From Vicugna vicugna (lineage: Eukaryota): a stretch of DNA of 64,000 nucleotides. The DNA lies in the NCBI GenBank assembly GCA_013265495.1, contig MU058000.1, positions 434,001 to 498,000 on the forward strand. The letters run 5' to 3'. The translations under genes were made by a program, and so were the position numbers. Below, one piece after another: positions 36,714 to 51,200 of this stretch. The notes beneath the pieces are model-generated. The model did not search any database, was not told the DNA's origin, and saw nothing but the letters and a program-made list of their open reading frames with translations. Position 1 is the first letter of the stretch; each line of letters opens with the position of its first letter.

Positions 36714-37779
36714 TTGAAGAAACTGGTAAGATGTTGCAATCTGCTTAAAGGGGAATCCACAAAAATCAACACATTTATAGATCAGGACTATTGAAGTGAA
36801 TATGTTAATGAAGGCAAAACTAACTTTTTTCATGTGTGAAGTGGAAGGAGTCAGTTGAAGCTCTGACAGGATAGAATTTGCGTGTCTACAGACAAAATTA
36901 TTTTGTATTACTATCAGTTACCTACAATCTACAGAGTGTAAAGTAGCTCTCATAGAATCAGACTCAGAATGTTTGGAAGATTGAGCTCTCAGTCAATGCC
37001 TAATTTTCCACTGAAGCATGATTTTCCCCCTACAATATATATGGAATGCTTGGAACACTTACTGGCTCACAGTAAATATTTACAAGTAAACTCAGTAAAA
37101 AAAAAAAAACAAAAAACAACAACTTAAATCATGGGTTGAGATAAATTACTCAGTTCTACCTTTTAAACTGGTATTGCAAGTCCAATCTATTAGATATTCC
37201 ATCAGGCCAAGTTTAAATAATACAAATGCTGAATGCTGAAAATACCGAATATGTATTGACTGTTCTTAAACTCAACACAAACGTATTAATACTATAGGTC
37301 TGATTTAGATTCTCATTTCTAGTCTCAATTCTAAAATTTACCAGGCTAAAAGACATTTATTCATTAAATGAGTTGGTCTTCCTCCTCTAATGAACTCCAG
37401 GTCTTTATGGAATCATATACTGGCTTCCTAGGTTCCTTGTATTTAGGGTTGTCCTATCTTAAAGGAACCTTCTCTTACACTGTTGTCCAGGTATAATTAA
37501 TGGCATCCCTTTCACTCTCAAAGGTCCCAATTTGGGGGATAAATTGCTCATTAATCTTACTGATAGACCATAATGTCCAGAGGCTCACTGGACATAGTGG
37601 GACATTTTGAACCTTGTGTATTTTTACCATAACTGGGAGACAGTAACTTAAAAAGGGGTTGGTCTTTCAATACCACTGCAAAATCTGCAACCCCCAAGAT
37701 GCAACCCCAACTGAACTTCGTTTATTTTTACTGCTTCAGTTGAATTTTGCATTTCTTTGGTTCTCTTAAGATAGTTAGT

Positions 37780-38362
37780 GTCTTCCCTTCTGGCTTATTG
37801 CAGGAGCTTCCTACAACGCCCTCTGGGCTCCACCCTGGTCCTCCACAGTCAATTCTTCACACAGTAGCCAGAGAGAGCTTTTAAAATGTAGATCAGTTCA
37901 TGTCCCCCCTTACTAAGGAATTTCCAGCAGTGTTCCTTGTTATCTCAAGATAAAAACCAAAGTCCTTACAGTGGCCCAAAAGCCATTACATGATTCGGAT
38001 TTTCTTCATTTTTCCAATTCTATTTCCTGGTACTCTCACTCTTAATCCAGCTTTGACTGCATTGGGCTCCTCGCTGTTCTTCACACTTGTCGGGATTTAC
38101 ACATTTGGTCCTTGCCTAGGTCTCAAACATTATTCTCAGACATCACTGTGGTTAATCCTTGCAAGCTCCTTCAAGTTTCTGTTCAAATGTTACCTTCTCA
38201 ATAAGGCTTTCCTGGTGACTCTTAAATGGAATACTCCTGCTTTAAAAAAATTTTTTAATCCATAGCACTTGTCACCTTCTGATATACTATATACAATTTG
38301 CTTGTTTTTATGTTTCTTATTTATGTCTTTCCCCACAAAAATATAATCTCCACCAGGGCAAG

Positions 38363-38393
<31 letters not shown>

Positions 38394-38500
38394 GTTTTGT
38401 TTTGTTGTTTGTTTTATTTGGTTATATATCCCCAGTGCCCAGAAGAGGCCTGGCATATAATTGGTAGTCAACGAATATTTGTTTAATAAATGAGTAAGTG
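37780..38500 (+). mobile_element. L2 3' fragment containing a (TTTTG)n microsatellite (about 38365-38415)
   Basis: CACAGTAGCCAGAGAGAGCTTTTAAAATGTAGATCAG ... GCCTGGCATATAATTGGTAGTCAACGAATATTTGTTTAATAAATGA. Confidence 0.75.
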
Positions 38501-40869
38501 CATGCATGAATGTCTCCAGAGGCACTTTAATGTCATCCCATTGAGTTCTTTGCACCCTTTTGTAATTCTTTTCCAACTCCTTTGGTTTTGTTGCCCCGTT
38601 AAGGCAGATGGAATTCTGCCTTTGTTTCATATTTTTTCCTGGCTATCTGGGACACTAGTTCTTTAGATACTGAAATGCCATCTGAGGAGGGTACCACATC
38701 TCTCATTACTTGCTCACATTACTAGAGACATGTTAAAGAGGTCCTTTGGACAGCCGCCTCCAAGAAGTTGTCTCCCAGTGCTTCCTAATTTTCCCAAGAT
38801 GGTACTCTAAGCAAGAGGAAAGTGGAGGAGGGCCCCGGGGTACCTGGGACACCCAGAAGGAAACCAGGACAAGCAAGACATTTGAAGTCTTTGGTTTATT
38901 TTTTTTTTTTAATGTAACTTCCAAAAAATTACTAAAATTTTTCATTCTTTTCCATCATGTATTTGTTTTTCATATGGTTTCTTGTAAACCTTCCTGGAGC
39001 GTTTCCTTGTACCTTCAGGTTAATGCAATGCTATATTTGAATGTCTTAGTGACTTGATCCACAGAAGTGCCTTGAAGCACTAAAGGCAGGCACTGAAGAA
39101 GGCCAGTGAGGAAATAGTTTGGGAGGCAGTGCTGGATGTGATTAAGGGCCCAGCCTCTGATCAGACCAGCTCTGCAGAGGCCAAGCCCATTCAGTCCTGG
39201 CCTCAGACACCTGGATCCAGAACGGCTGGTTATTTCTCCTGTATGAACAAATCCTGGCTATCCTGGGGTCTGTCTTCTTACAGCAGCTCTGTAAAGTAGT
39301 AGACGTAGAAAACAAATTCACAATACTTAAAATGTGTTGTTAAATGAGTGAATTTTATCTGAATTTATCAATGAGTTGAAATGTTTTTTTCCCTGCAGAG
39401 CTAAGAAATCTGATTATTTTATGTTTCTTGTTTGAACAAAGTATGTTTGTTACCCTTCAGATTAAGATTTATTAGCCAGAGGTTCATAGGCTTCCTGGGT
39501 GCTATGATTGTCCTCCTGGAAATCTTGATAATGTGAAAATTTGTATATAAGTACATCAGTGCATTGCTGAGAGTCTCCAACTTTTCTCAGATTTTCAGAG
39601 GTGTCCTTGACCTCTAAAGAGTTAAGAAATTCTGTTTTGGCATAATTTGGCATTTTTGTGTGACTACAAGTATACATTTGATATTAACTATAACTATTAT
39701 AAATATTTTTATTTTACTACAAAGAATGCTAAACCGTATTTTTTTTAAACCTTCCTGACCTTTAAATGTGATATTTTTTTTCTCCTGAATGTATAATTAC
39801 GGTTACTTTTTTTCTGCCTCACACTTAGCCTGTTCTTTTGAATGGCTCTTCACACAGAAGTTCACTGAATGTGTCTATTATTCAAGTCAGTAGTTTAAAA
39901 ACAGATTTTACAAGTGTCTAGTGCCTCATATCTGACATTAAATCCTCCACACTGACCTCGTTTCCATTTTCACGGAAGCTCTGCAGTCTGCTTCATTACT
40001 CTTTGGCCTTCCAATTACTGCAATTAAAAATAATTGAAGAAAATTTAAGTATGGGCAAAATAGTCCCATTTGTCCAGAGCTACAAGTTGGGTTTTAAAGG
40101 GTTCAATTTAGATGTCAGAGATTACTTCCTTTGCTTCATTTCTGTATGAATCCTTAAGAACATTTGGAGTGTTTAGAAATGTTCAGAACAAATTCTTTTC
40201 CTAAAATTACAGAGCAGGTATTTGTGATTTTTAAAGCATCTTGTAAATGTTATTCTCTTACATGTAGTGACATTGAAATATGCCCTAGATTTTTTACCAT
40301 TGGACTATTTTACCATTAGAATAATCCAGAAATACAAATATTTCACCATCATCTTAACTAAACTTCCCACACCCCTTTTGCACCTGGAAAGAGCTCCCTG
40401 TGTCCCAGTTTTTCTTTTAAAAACACAATCTCTCTATTTATATGATACATGAAGCTTTTGGATTACATTTTGCAAGCATTAGCTTAATTTTACCCACACC
40501 CGAGTGTTATCATAATTACTCAACTCCAGTTAGGGGATTGAAATTATCTCTTCTTATTGCCAGGTACTGTTACTTTATATTATGTTATTTCTATCTTTCT
40601 GTGAGCTGTGAAACTGGAAGGCTAACTTTGGGGAAAGGATCTGTGCATGAGATTAAATAGGCTCTAAAGGGTGGGTGTAAATGAGGGGCTCTCCAGTAGC
40701 AGTCTTCAGTGGGCTGGCTGACTGCTCTGTTTCCTTCTCAGCACCCTTTTCAGTTAGTTCTGGCTTCATGGCCGTGGTCCAAAGATTTGGGATGACCAGC
40801 AATCTTACCTCTAGATAGGTGGCATGTTAATCTAGTTAATTTTTCTTCCTTCCTTCCTTTCTTGTTTCT

Positions 40870-41660
40870 TTTTTCAATAAACATTCATTAATCACCTGTT
40901 ATATACAAGTACTATTCTTGGCATTGGAGATATATGATAAATGACCTCCTTGACCTTACATTCTAGCAGAAAAAAAATAGCCACTGAAAATAAATTAAGA
41001 AATAAGTAAGGAAAACATGTAGAATGTCAGATGGTGGTAAGTACAATGGAGTGAAGTAAAGGAAGTGGGGGAGATGCTGGAAGTTGCATTTTAAATGGTC
41101 AGAGGTGGCCCTACTGAGAAGGTGACATTTGAATAAAGACCTGAAGGGCCTAAAAGAAACTAAGCCAGGCTGATATCTGGGGTGGGGGGAATCTGAATAA
41201 ATGCAAAGACCCAGAGTCAAGGGGGACATGAGAAGAACACGCATAGTATGTTTAAGATGTAACAGGGAGAGAAATGTAGCTGAAGCAGAGAGGGTTCTAG
41301 AAAACAAGGTCAGAACAGTTATGGGGGACAGAGCATCTTGTACTGTGTAGATCATTGTAAGGCATTAAATATACGTGTAAAAAATAAATCTTTATTTGTT
41401 TTGTTCATCTTTCCGAATGAGATAAGAAGCTAGTAAGGATTTTGACCCTCCAGCCTCAAAATTGCATGAACTCCTTGACATTTTACTAGGATCACCCTGG
41501 CTATCGTGTTTATTAATGAAGTGAGAAGCAACAATGGCTTGAACCAGCTTAATAGCAGGGAAGGTGCTGAGAAATAGTGCATTCTGGATTTATGTTGAAG
41601 GCAAAGGCAATGGGATTTTCTAGCAGATCATGTGGAGTCTGAGTGAAAAAGAGAAATTGA
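40870..41660 (-). mobile_element. L2 fragment
   Basis: TCAATAAACATTCATTAATCACCTG...GAGAAGGTGACATTTGAATAAAGACCTGAAG...GGATCACCCTGGCT typical of reverse-strand L2. Confidence 0.7.
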
Positions 41661-41663
41661 TGA

Positions 41664-43680
41664 TGTCTTAGCCTGGATTCTCCAGGAAGGAGAGCCTGTG
41701 GGAGAATTCTTTCTGGGGAGTATGGTTCTAGGGAGCAGAATGATGGAATGGGGAAGGGAAGCAGGGAGGGAGGGAGAGTTTGCTGCTGCTCCAAGGAGAT
41801 GGTTGCTGATCCCATGGGACTACCTGAGAATTCAGACAATAAGCATCTCAGGATCCTTGTTCTAGGAGGGAGGAAAGGGAAACTTTCATCCATTAATTCT
41901 TATCCCCTGTAGGTCAAGGTGTTAATGCACCAACCTTCAAGGTTTTTTTTTTTGTGCATGAATGATAACAAAGTTTCTAGATATTAACAGAAAAGCCCGA
42001 GGGTGGAAGGTGAGAGGGGTGTGATACAGGGCTGAGTCGCAGCACTGTCAGCTTGCACCTGGGTGAAGCTAGTTGGCTTCTGCATGAACTGGTGGCTACA
42101 GCACAGCTAAAATAGGAGATCCTCTCACATAAGGCTGAGAGGATCTCAAGTGATGTATAAGACATTTCCAGTGTGGTTCAGTCTTTGTACCACTCAGATC
42201 TTCCCAAGCTTTCCATTATAATTGGCCCCCATACTAAAATGTGGGACCTTCAGATTTGTACAAACAAGATGCCCTTACTTCTTTCCTGAGAGAGAGGAGT
42301 ATATAAGTCCAGTCTGCTACAGAGCCTCCTTCAAGATGCAATCCTTGCAAAGACATAATGCAAGAGAGTTTGTAAAATGAGCTACAGCCTCCCCTGTTGT
42401 GGTTGATCCCAAGTTTGTAATTGATAGTCATCATCTCTTGGCAACTCCAATTCCAGTTTTCTCTCACCCAGGGCCAGCACTTTGACTGCCCAGGGTGATT
42501 GCCTGGTAGAAGGACCCAGACTTGCACCTTTGAGGGTTCTGCACCCTTAGTTTTCTTGTTGCCCCATGTTTTCACTCACCATTATCACTGGCCACAGAAG
42601 AACCATGATATGTCACAGTGAATCCCTGGACTCTAGACATACTCCTCACAGCTGCTAATGTGATGGGTAGTGGTCACCCTGGCTTCTCATGGTTCTGTTA
42701 TTCCCAGAGGTAGAGAAACTCCTTTATTTGCCTATTTATCCACTGGTATGAGGAGTGCAAATGGCCAGGTGGTCATTCAAGCATCAGGCCCCCTGTGTTT
42801 TATTTGGTAGAAGTAATCTTTCCTTCCAGGGACTAAGACCTCTAATCTGGCAGGAATAGGGAAGTTCAAATTCTGAAAGCAGGTCACTGCAGTGATGGTA
42901 CAGGGGTCAATCATGCCACCACCCGTAGGTCCTGAGACCCATGAATTCTAGCTATAGAAACATAATAGCATAGATTTTGAGTATTGGTTCAGCATGTATG
43001 CTTCATTAGGTCAAATCCCCAACCATGCGGGCCTTTATCCCCAAGTTGGAACCTTAGATGAGCCTTCAGTGGGTCAGTCCACCGTTCTATAGGGAGTCTG
43101 CTTCTGCAGGATGGGGCACACGGTCGGACTAGTGGATATGGTGGTCATGTGCCTTTTGTTGTGTCCTCTCTGCCATGAAATGTGTCTCTTGGTTGAGTGT
43201 GATGTTGTTGCAGTGTTGTACAAAGTTGGTTGTTGCAGTATTATGTGGGATTTCATGCTGGTAGATCAAGCCCTTGAACAGTGGCTCTGTTGGAGGCGTT
43301 GAGGTCAGGGAAAGCAAGCTCAAATTCAAAATAGCAGTTCCTTTTAAAATGAATCACTACTTTCCACAGGGTGGAAAGAGTCCAATGTAACCAGACTTCC
43401 ACCAAATGGCTAACTGTTCTCTGAGGAAAGTTGCCTTATCAAGGGTGCAGCATAGCTATCTACTATTGGCAGGTTGGGTACTCACAAAGGCAGTATCTTT
43501 GATGATGACTAGCTTTGATGAAAGGAACGCATGCTTGGCTTCAATCCCTGTCACCATGGTCATTACATTCATGTCCTTTGCACCAGCATGGTTTGATTTC
43601 CACAGAACGAGCCATCTCGTCCACCTGGTTGTTGAGAATCACCTCTATGGTGGCGTTGTAGAAGTTTCCTTAGGGCGATC
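41664..43680 (-). mobile_element. Ancient ERVL element: LTR (about 41664-42170) plus decayed internal pol/integrase region
   Basis: Minus-strand reading near 43060-43140 gives HIH*SDRVPHPAEADSL..., resembling ERVL integrase IHWSYHVPHHPEAAGLIERWNG; LTR-like edge TGTCTTAGCCTGGATTCTCCAGGAAG. Many stops and frameshifts. Confidence 0.65.
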
Positions 43681-46600
43681 CAGCCTCCCTTTCAATCAGT
43701 GGATTCCTGGTTTCAGAGATATTAAAGTGTTGTTATTGATTTTTTAATGTACATTTTAAATTGGTGAAATAGAGTCACTCTTGATGTAGTTCAAACATAT
43801 TACTAGAAAGAAGATTTTGCTGTAATGTTAATTTTTAGGTTTCAGTTAATGCCTTGATGCCAGAAAACTTAAGTATAAACTATAATTACAAAAACATCTA
43901 GTTCTTCAGAGTGTTTGGATTTCTGAAAATTGCTATGATTTTTATCTACTGTGATTTATTAATTCAAGTTACTTTTATTACATCATAAGAGTTCAAGCTA
44001 TTAATATGAATTAAATGGGTTTTGTGTACTGCCTTAAAAAGCCTATCCCTGTTACGTTGTTTTCTTTTGTTTAATTATGTTTTGCGTGTTAGCTCTATGT
44101 CCCGCCCCATGTTATGTGTTTTCACGTATAATAGCTAACTTAGGACTCACAGTAGCTCTTTGAGGTCAGTGTTTGACTCCACTTTAGGTGAGGAATCTTA
44201 GACCCAAAAGTGTCGCCTCTCTTATCTTTTATGTCACAACCAGTAAGTGAAAGAGTATTCAAACTCTAAATCCAAGACTCTCTCTACTGTTCTGTAGCTA
44301 TCTTCCTAAATCTGGCCCTTTCCCTCCACTCCCCTCCCCCCGACACCTCTCAATTCATACAATGTACCATATGGTGGTATTTAGTATTCATAATGTTGTC
44401 CAATCATCACCTCTAGTTCCAAACTATTTTCCTCATCTCTAAAGGAGATCCTGTACTAATTAACCAGTTATGTCTTATCCCCCCCCACCATAGCCCCTGA
44501 CAACCATTAATCTGCTTTCTTTCTCTATGAATTTACCTATTCTAGACATTTTATATAAATGAAATCATACAACATATGACCTTTGTGCCTGGCTTCTTTA
44601 CTTAGCATAATGTTTTTGCTTTTCGTCTGCATTGTAGGGATAGAAGGAGTGTGAGCGATCAGCAAGTTGTCCCACGGGAAAACAGATGTAAAAGGCCAGG
44701 GTTTGTTTACTTCCAGGATTCTTCTGGCAGGTTTATTTCTAACACACCGATGTTGAGAGCAGCCCGACTCCTTGTCTAAATGCCTTACGCCTTAGATACG
44801 ATAATCTGAACACCAAAAATGTCCACACTTACTTTCAGAGGCTTAGAGTTACGAAACTACTTTCCCATGTCAAAAGGTTGTCAGAATACCTATCTTGTGC
44901 GGGAGAGTGTTTCTAGCCAGCTGGCTGAAGAACACCGTGCTCTTATCCCTTCTGGATCCACGGCAATCTGAGTCAACATTTCTACAAAGAGGTGACTCAA
45001 CAGCAATGCATTAGCCGTTAGCCATAACTCTTACCCTTTCAAGAGCCAATATTTACGCAAAGAACTTTTCGTTGTTATAGGGAAACTGCAGGACTCAAAC
45101 AATATCTGATTTGTAATGGTATTTCTTATAATAGTATTTTCTATCTCCATTAAATTTTTTAACCAATGTGCCAATAAAGAAAATGTGCTAAGAATAAAAA
45201 AAAGTTAAATGAAAGCAGTAGATTTTTCTTCCCTTTATGTTTACTGGAGCTTACTTCTCAGCTGTTTCTTCCCAATGCTCTCTGGACTTGGAGGCAGAAG
45301 ATACGTGGTCAAATTCTAGCTCTCTACCAACTCACTGTGCAGGAGACTCTATTTGCTCAACTCATAGGATGAACAAACTAGTAAGATGTGGTTATGACAA
45401 TCACATGAGGTGGTGCTAGTGGCATGTATATGAGATACCTGGTAAATCAGAATAAAGCCTCGATCACAGGTTAACTGTTATTACTAATGCGGTAGTGGGT
45501 CTGAGAGCCTGTGAGATCTGGCCTGATTCAACCCTCGATGTGAGCATGATATCGGCATGCGGAGGGCAAGCTACCATGCAGGAACCATTCAGCAGCTGTT
45601 TGGCTGGAGGGTTGTGCAGCTTTATTAGGAAGAGAAAACACTTGTCTGCTGTGCAAATGGGACATTGTAAAGATTTTCAGGATTTTTTTAATCATCTTCT
45701 AGAGATGCTCATCTGCAGGTTGTTACTGTTAGGAGGGTAAAGTGACCAAAATTCTAGCTGGGAGGGTCTCTGTCCCAAAAAGGCCATAAATCTGTGAGAA
45801 GGATTTGTCTGTTCTGTGTCAGAGTTTGGCTGAAAAGCCTGTTAGTATTTCCAGACTCTCCAGATGCCCCTATTTAATGCTTGGCTGGCCTTCTTATGTA
45901 GCATAACCAAGTTGCCATTTCACAACCATCCTCAGTCCCTGGAATCTAAAAACAATAAAGCCAGAAGCTCTGAAGTGTGCTCTGTGAAACATGAGAGAAT
46001 CTATTAAAGTTCTGTCTGATCTAGGTCTGTGTGACAATAGACATTCTAATGTACTTACAAAGAATTTCTTTTACTCTTAAGAAACCTGGCACTTTATAGA
46101 AAGTATGTTATCTCATGACCAAAAAAAAAAGAGAAAAAAACAGGGTGACTTGGAGAGGCTCTGCTTTCTTTTTATATTGTACCCAGTATCTTAATTTTCA
46201 GTAGCAGCAAAGTAGGGAGGGAAAGTAACATGGTTAAAGCTATGACAGCTAAAAGGCACAGTGAGGAGTGAGGATGGAAGTTTCCCGAGCAATAAGGAAA
46301 TTATTTTATGACTTGTGACAGGACTGTTTATATAGTAAGAGTGGTGAATGAAAATGGAGATCGTAAGTCAGGAGATCTTCAGTAAGTTATGAACATTTTA
46401 GCAAGGTTGTTAATCTTGCTGTGTCTCACCTTTTGTTATCTGTTAAATGAAAACCATGGGATGGCTCTGTCCTGCCTTAGAGAACTATTGGGAAGATCAA
46501 GGAAGTGATTGTCCAAGTGTACAAGGGAGTCCTCATTTTTTAGGGACAATCTTTCTCATTCAGCAGAGTAAAAAATATTGGGAGTATGTTTTATCAAATA

Positions 46601-48135
46601 TTTTGGGGAACAGATTTGTCATATAGGGATTTGGAGGGAGCTAGGCTGTAAAAACAAAGAAACAAACAAATACTTGATTTGAAAGCATCCACACCCAGTT
46701 TCAAACTCTTGCCATGGTTTATGAAGCCTGTGTGATCTGTCCCTGCTTCTCTTTTCAGGCAGATCTTTTAAGCAGTTTCCCTCCACTTCCGTCACTGCTC
46801 TTATTTCAGACACTTTTCATCATTTTTATATTCTAAATTGTATATGCATTCTGCTATTTTTATACATTTTTGCACAGGCTATTCCTTCTCACTGGAACAC
46901 TCTTTATCTCTAAGTGAACACTCTTTATCTCTACTCCTTTTTCATCTGGTTAACTCTTTGCTTTTTAAAATTATAATAAAATTTTCATATGTAAATGTAC
47001 CAAAAAAATAGCAATGCAGATAGCTATGTATTATCATCAAGATTAACCAGAAGTTAACTTTTGGTCTTATTTGCTTCAGCTCTCTCTTTTATGTTTTAAA
47101 TAAATAAAATGTTATAGAAACAGCTAAAGCTTTACCGCTATCCTGTCTTTTCCTTCCGTCCCCACCTTTAGGTCAAGATACAGTTCTGTTGTCTTTTGCC
47201 TTCTGTTATTGCTGGTAAGAAATCTACCATCACTTTGACTGTCCTTCTTTTGATAATTCCTTCGTCTTTGACTTTTATTTACTTTTAAGGTCTCTTTGTC
47301 TTTGATGTTGATGTTTTACTATAACGTGTATTATTTAATTTTCATTTATCCTGTTTTGAACTTATTGTCTTAATCTTTATCTGCTTTTCAGTATATTTGT
47401 TTAGTTAGGTAAAATATGCACATGGTAAAACTTAAACGACACTAATGGGAAATTGCGAAAATGTAAGTCATTCTCCATCCTTCCCCTTAAGTTCCCTAAA
47501 TTCTCTCCCCTAAGGCAACCACTGTTCACAGTTTCTTGAGGATCCAACCAGACCCAAAAGTCCATATTTTTCATACATGTTTCAACTAATTTTGATACAG
47601 TCGTCCACCAGGCTGGGGGGACCTGTGACTCTCATCCTTCTTGAAATTGTTTCTTCCCTTGACATCCTTTATGCTGATTGTCCAAAGTCTCTGACAAAGT
47701 CTGTCTTCTTGACTCACGCCTCTTGCTTCCTCTGACAGGTAAGTGTGGGCATTCCCTAAGGTGCTCTCCTTGACCTTCCTTTCTGTCTCTGTCTTCTTCC
47801 CTGCCAATCCCTTCCAGACCCGTGCTTTATTCAGAGAATACACTCATATTTCAGGCTCTCACTCCGACATTTTAACCTCATCACAGACCATTGTTTTTTT
47901 CTACTTTTTAGACTTTTCTGCCTGGGTGTCTAGAAGGACCTTAAATTCAGCATCAAAAACCAACTCCTTTTCCTATCAACAAAACTGTTCACCCATCTCT
48001 CTTTCCTGCTGTCTTTACAGCCTCGCATCATCACTGACTCTTCTGCCTCTTCAGTGTTACTGTACCTCTGAAATGTCTCAGTCACTCAGTGCACTGCAGC
48101 TTTATTTTTGTTACGGAATTCTGGACACCACTTTC

Positions 48136-48278
48136 TTTTTTTTTTCTTTTTTTTTTAGTAGGGGAAATAATTAGGTTTATTTATGTATTTATTTATTTTT
48201 AAATGGAAGTACTAGGGATTGAACCCAGGACCTTGTGCATGCTAGGCACACACTCTACCACTGGGCTGTACCCTCCCC
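48136..48278 (-). mobile_element. tRNA-derived SINE of camelid Vic-1 type with 11-bp TSD
   Basis: Minus strand GGGGAGGGTACAGCCCAGTGGTAGAGTGTGTGCCTAGCATGCACAAGGTCCTGGGTTCAATCCCTAGTAC (A and B boxes), AT-rich tail and poly(A); TSD ACACCACTTTC at 48125-48135 and 48282-48292. Confidence 0.85.
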
Positions 48279-51200
48279 GGCACACCACTTTCACTTGTGG
48301 TTCCCATGCCCCTGCCTGTTGCTCATCAGCCTCTTGAAGACAAGGTCTGTATCTTCTTCATTTCTGTGCCCTCAGCACCTTGCTCTCTCTCTGGCACATA
48401 GTGAGTGTTCTATAGGTATGTTGAGTCCATGGATGCAGGAAAAAGCTCAAACTTAACTTGGCAGTTGAGATCTTCCATTTTTCTGATTTACCAATTTCTT
48501 TGAAGCAAGGGGTAGGTACCCATTTACCCCTTGCTTCAACCAAACTGAACTAGTCGCTACTCTCCTGCATGTACACTATATATTTTGTGTAATTCCTTTG
48601 TATATGATTCTCCTGTTTGAAATACTTGTTGGCCCCCAAACTGCTTATCAAAACCCTACAGATCCTACAAGTTCCAATGCCTCATTTTCCACAGACATTT
48701 CCCAAATCTCTAGAGCCCTGGGTTCCCACAGCATTTGGAGTCAGAGAATGCACCTGTCAAATGTATAAAGTCACAGGATTTTAGATGTGGAGAAGACTTT
48801 TCAGGTTATCTAAGGCAAGCCTGTATTACTAAGAGAACAGAGACCCAGAAGGATAAATGCTTTGCTTAGGCCAGTGAGCCAGAGCCAGACTTAGAAGGCA
48901 ACTCTCCTGAATCCCTGTTTCAGAGCTATGCTACCTGTGCAATTATTTTATCTTCTCTTCTAGACTGCTGGCGCCTAAGGTCAGGAATTGAATTTTATTC
49001 AATTGTGCTTCCCTTATAATATCTAATCAAGTACCTTGCATATAGCAAGTTCACAAAATTATCCTGGATTGAAATGAACTTTAATGTACTGGTTAATTGA
49101 TATTTGTAACTAATAGCCATCTTGTCCTAGATTCCCTAGAAAACAGAGTCTGAGGCAGAGGTCACTTGCCAATGTGAGAGTGAGGAAAAAGGGACATAAG
49201 GCCCGGAGGGCTGGGAAGCAATGCTCTGGCTGCTGCTTCCTCCCCAGTGAATCAGGAAAACTCTACAGGTAGTGGGGCAAGTGCTTCTGCACCACTCCGT
49301 GGGGGATCTGTGGACCGGCTCCGTGGAAAACCCATGTTGTATGGCAGTTCATAAGAAGACACTTACCCACTCCCTCCCACCTCTTGTTTCCCATTGATCG
49401 AAGTCATTCCTCTGCACTTGGAGTTGTGTCATCTGGCCTGTCTGATGGCTCCTTAGAAAGCCAGATTCCATGCCCTATTAGAAATCTTCTCATTTGAGTC
49501 CAGAATAAAAGAGGATGTACATAAGATGTGTCCAGTAAAATGTCCCTAACCTAATCCTGTGATTGTTCCTGCATTCGTTTCTGAAGTGTGTTAATGCTAG
49601 AAACGAAGGATGGGTGGCAGTTTTCTTTAAGAGAGAGCATTGAAACAGGAATAAATTTTAAATGTTTTATACAAGTAAACATTTATGAATAAGAAGATTA
49701 AAAGTCAGGTTGAACAAGTTCTAATTTTTCTCTCTCTTAATCAAGAATAATATGCAAATTCATACAAGGCTTTTAAAAATCACTTTCTTCTCCCATGGTG
49801 TAATTCTAAATTAAAAGACCTATAAACTCCTCTTTTCATTAAATTATATGATTTATTGCAGAAGAGTCCATCCTTTTACTCTCACTCTCTATTGTCATAA
49901 TACTAATTTGTATCTTTAATGAAAGTTGCTCACCAGTGCACATAACAAAAAAAACCACTTAAGGAGGGAAAAGAATTCTTTTTTTTTCAAACAAGTGCTT
50001 TTACCTACTTACCAAAAAGACTTGAAAGCTTGGACACACTTCAAGAGCCTCTGAATATTTTTCTTCAGCAGAAATTCTAGCCCAGACGTTTCAATAACCC
50101 AGGTTTGTTTTCAAAGAGGAAGTAAAGAAACAAATTTTATAAAGACAGGCCAAAATTTGAAAGCAATTAATGATGACAGGTCCAAGGATTTTTCTTCATT
50201 TTATTATTAACCCTACCACTCTTCCCAGATTTTATTGTCAGTATTGGAGAAGAGAAGGGGGAAAGAGTGTGGGAATTGAAGATAAAATTCAACATAAAGG
50301 GAACATTTAAAAGCTGTGTTCAGAGTAGAGGAAGAATAATTAAAGGATAAGTAGATGGCCAGAGGACCATGTAAAGTTAGCAGATAACAGCACATGACAA
50401 ATAAGAGCGTAAGAAAGGTTCATAGGCTTCAAACTTTGAAAGGAGTTTTGCAGACCAAGTTCAGCTGACATACTGGTAGAGAAGTTGCTTTGAATTAATT
50501 CACACCAACAAGTTCAAGGGCTTATTACATCCCTGGGTGCTGAAGAGATTCCATCATTAACCTCTGAGGGCACTATGTGGAATGTCTGAGGAATCTTGGA
50601 AAATAAGTGTTGGATAGAAAAAGAGGCTCACTTTGTCCTGGTTTTCTAAAAAAGGGGGAAAGAGACTTCTTATTTGCTGGGTCATTTAATTGCTCTGAGC
50701 CTCTGGTTCTTCTGTAAATTGAGGATTATGTACTAACTCTATTATCCATCAGAGTTGTTTTGAGAATTAAATAAGATATGCAAGCTAATCATAAATCCTA
50801 AATCAGTATAAAAATGTTAGTGATTGTTTAAATCTCTTCCTTCTTTGCATGTTCATTGCACGTTACATGTACTTCTGTTAATGTGTTGCATGATGGAGAA
50901 GTTTGCGTCCAGTTTCCCAGCTGTAATGTGAGATACTCAAGAAAACAGACTATAACTTCTTTTTTTCATTTAACCCCACAACCCAAAACAGTGATTAGCA
51001 CTTAATGGGCGTTTAATCAGTATTTGCTGATTGAGAAAAGATTAAAAAATAATCACAGCACGCTATGCTATAAATCAGAATGCACAGGATGATATTTAAC
51101 TGAGATAAATATAAACCCTATAATCAGCTCTAAATAATAAATTACACACTTAACAGGATGGTAAAGTCCTAGCCCAGATTTCATGGTAAAAACCTCTGGG

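Noticed and set aside
48205..48278. tRNA gene
   Set aside because: The tRNA-like head is followed by an AT-rich tail, poly(A) and TSD, so it is a SINE.
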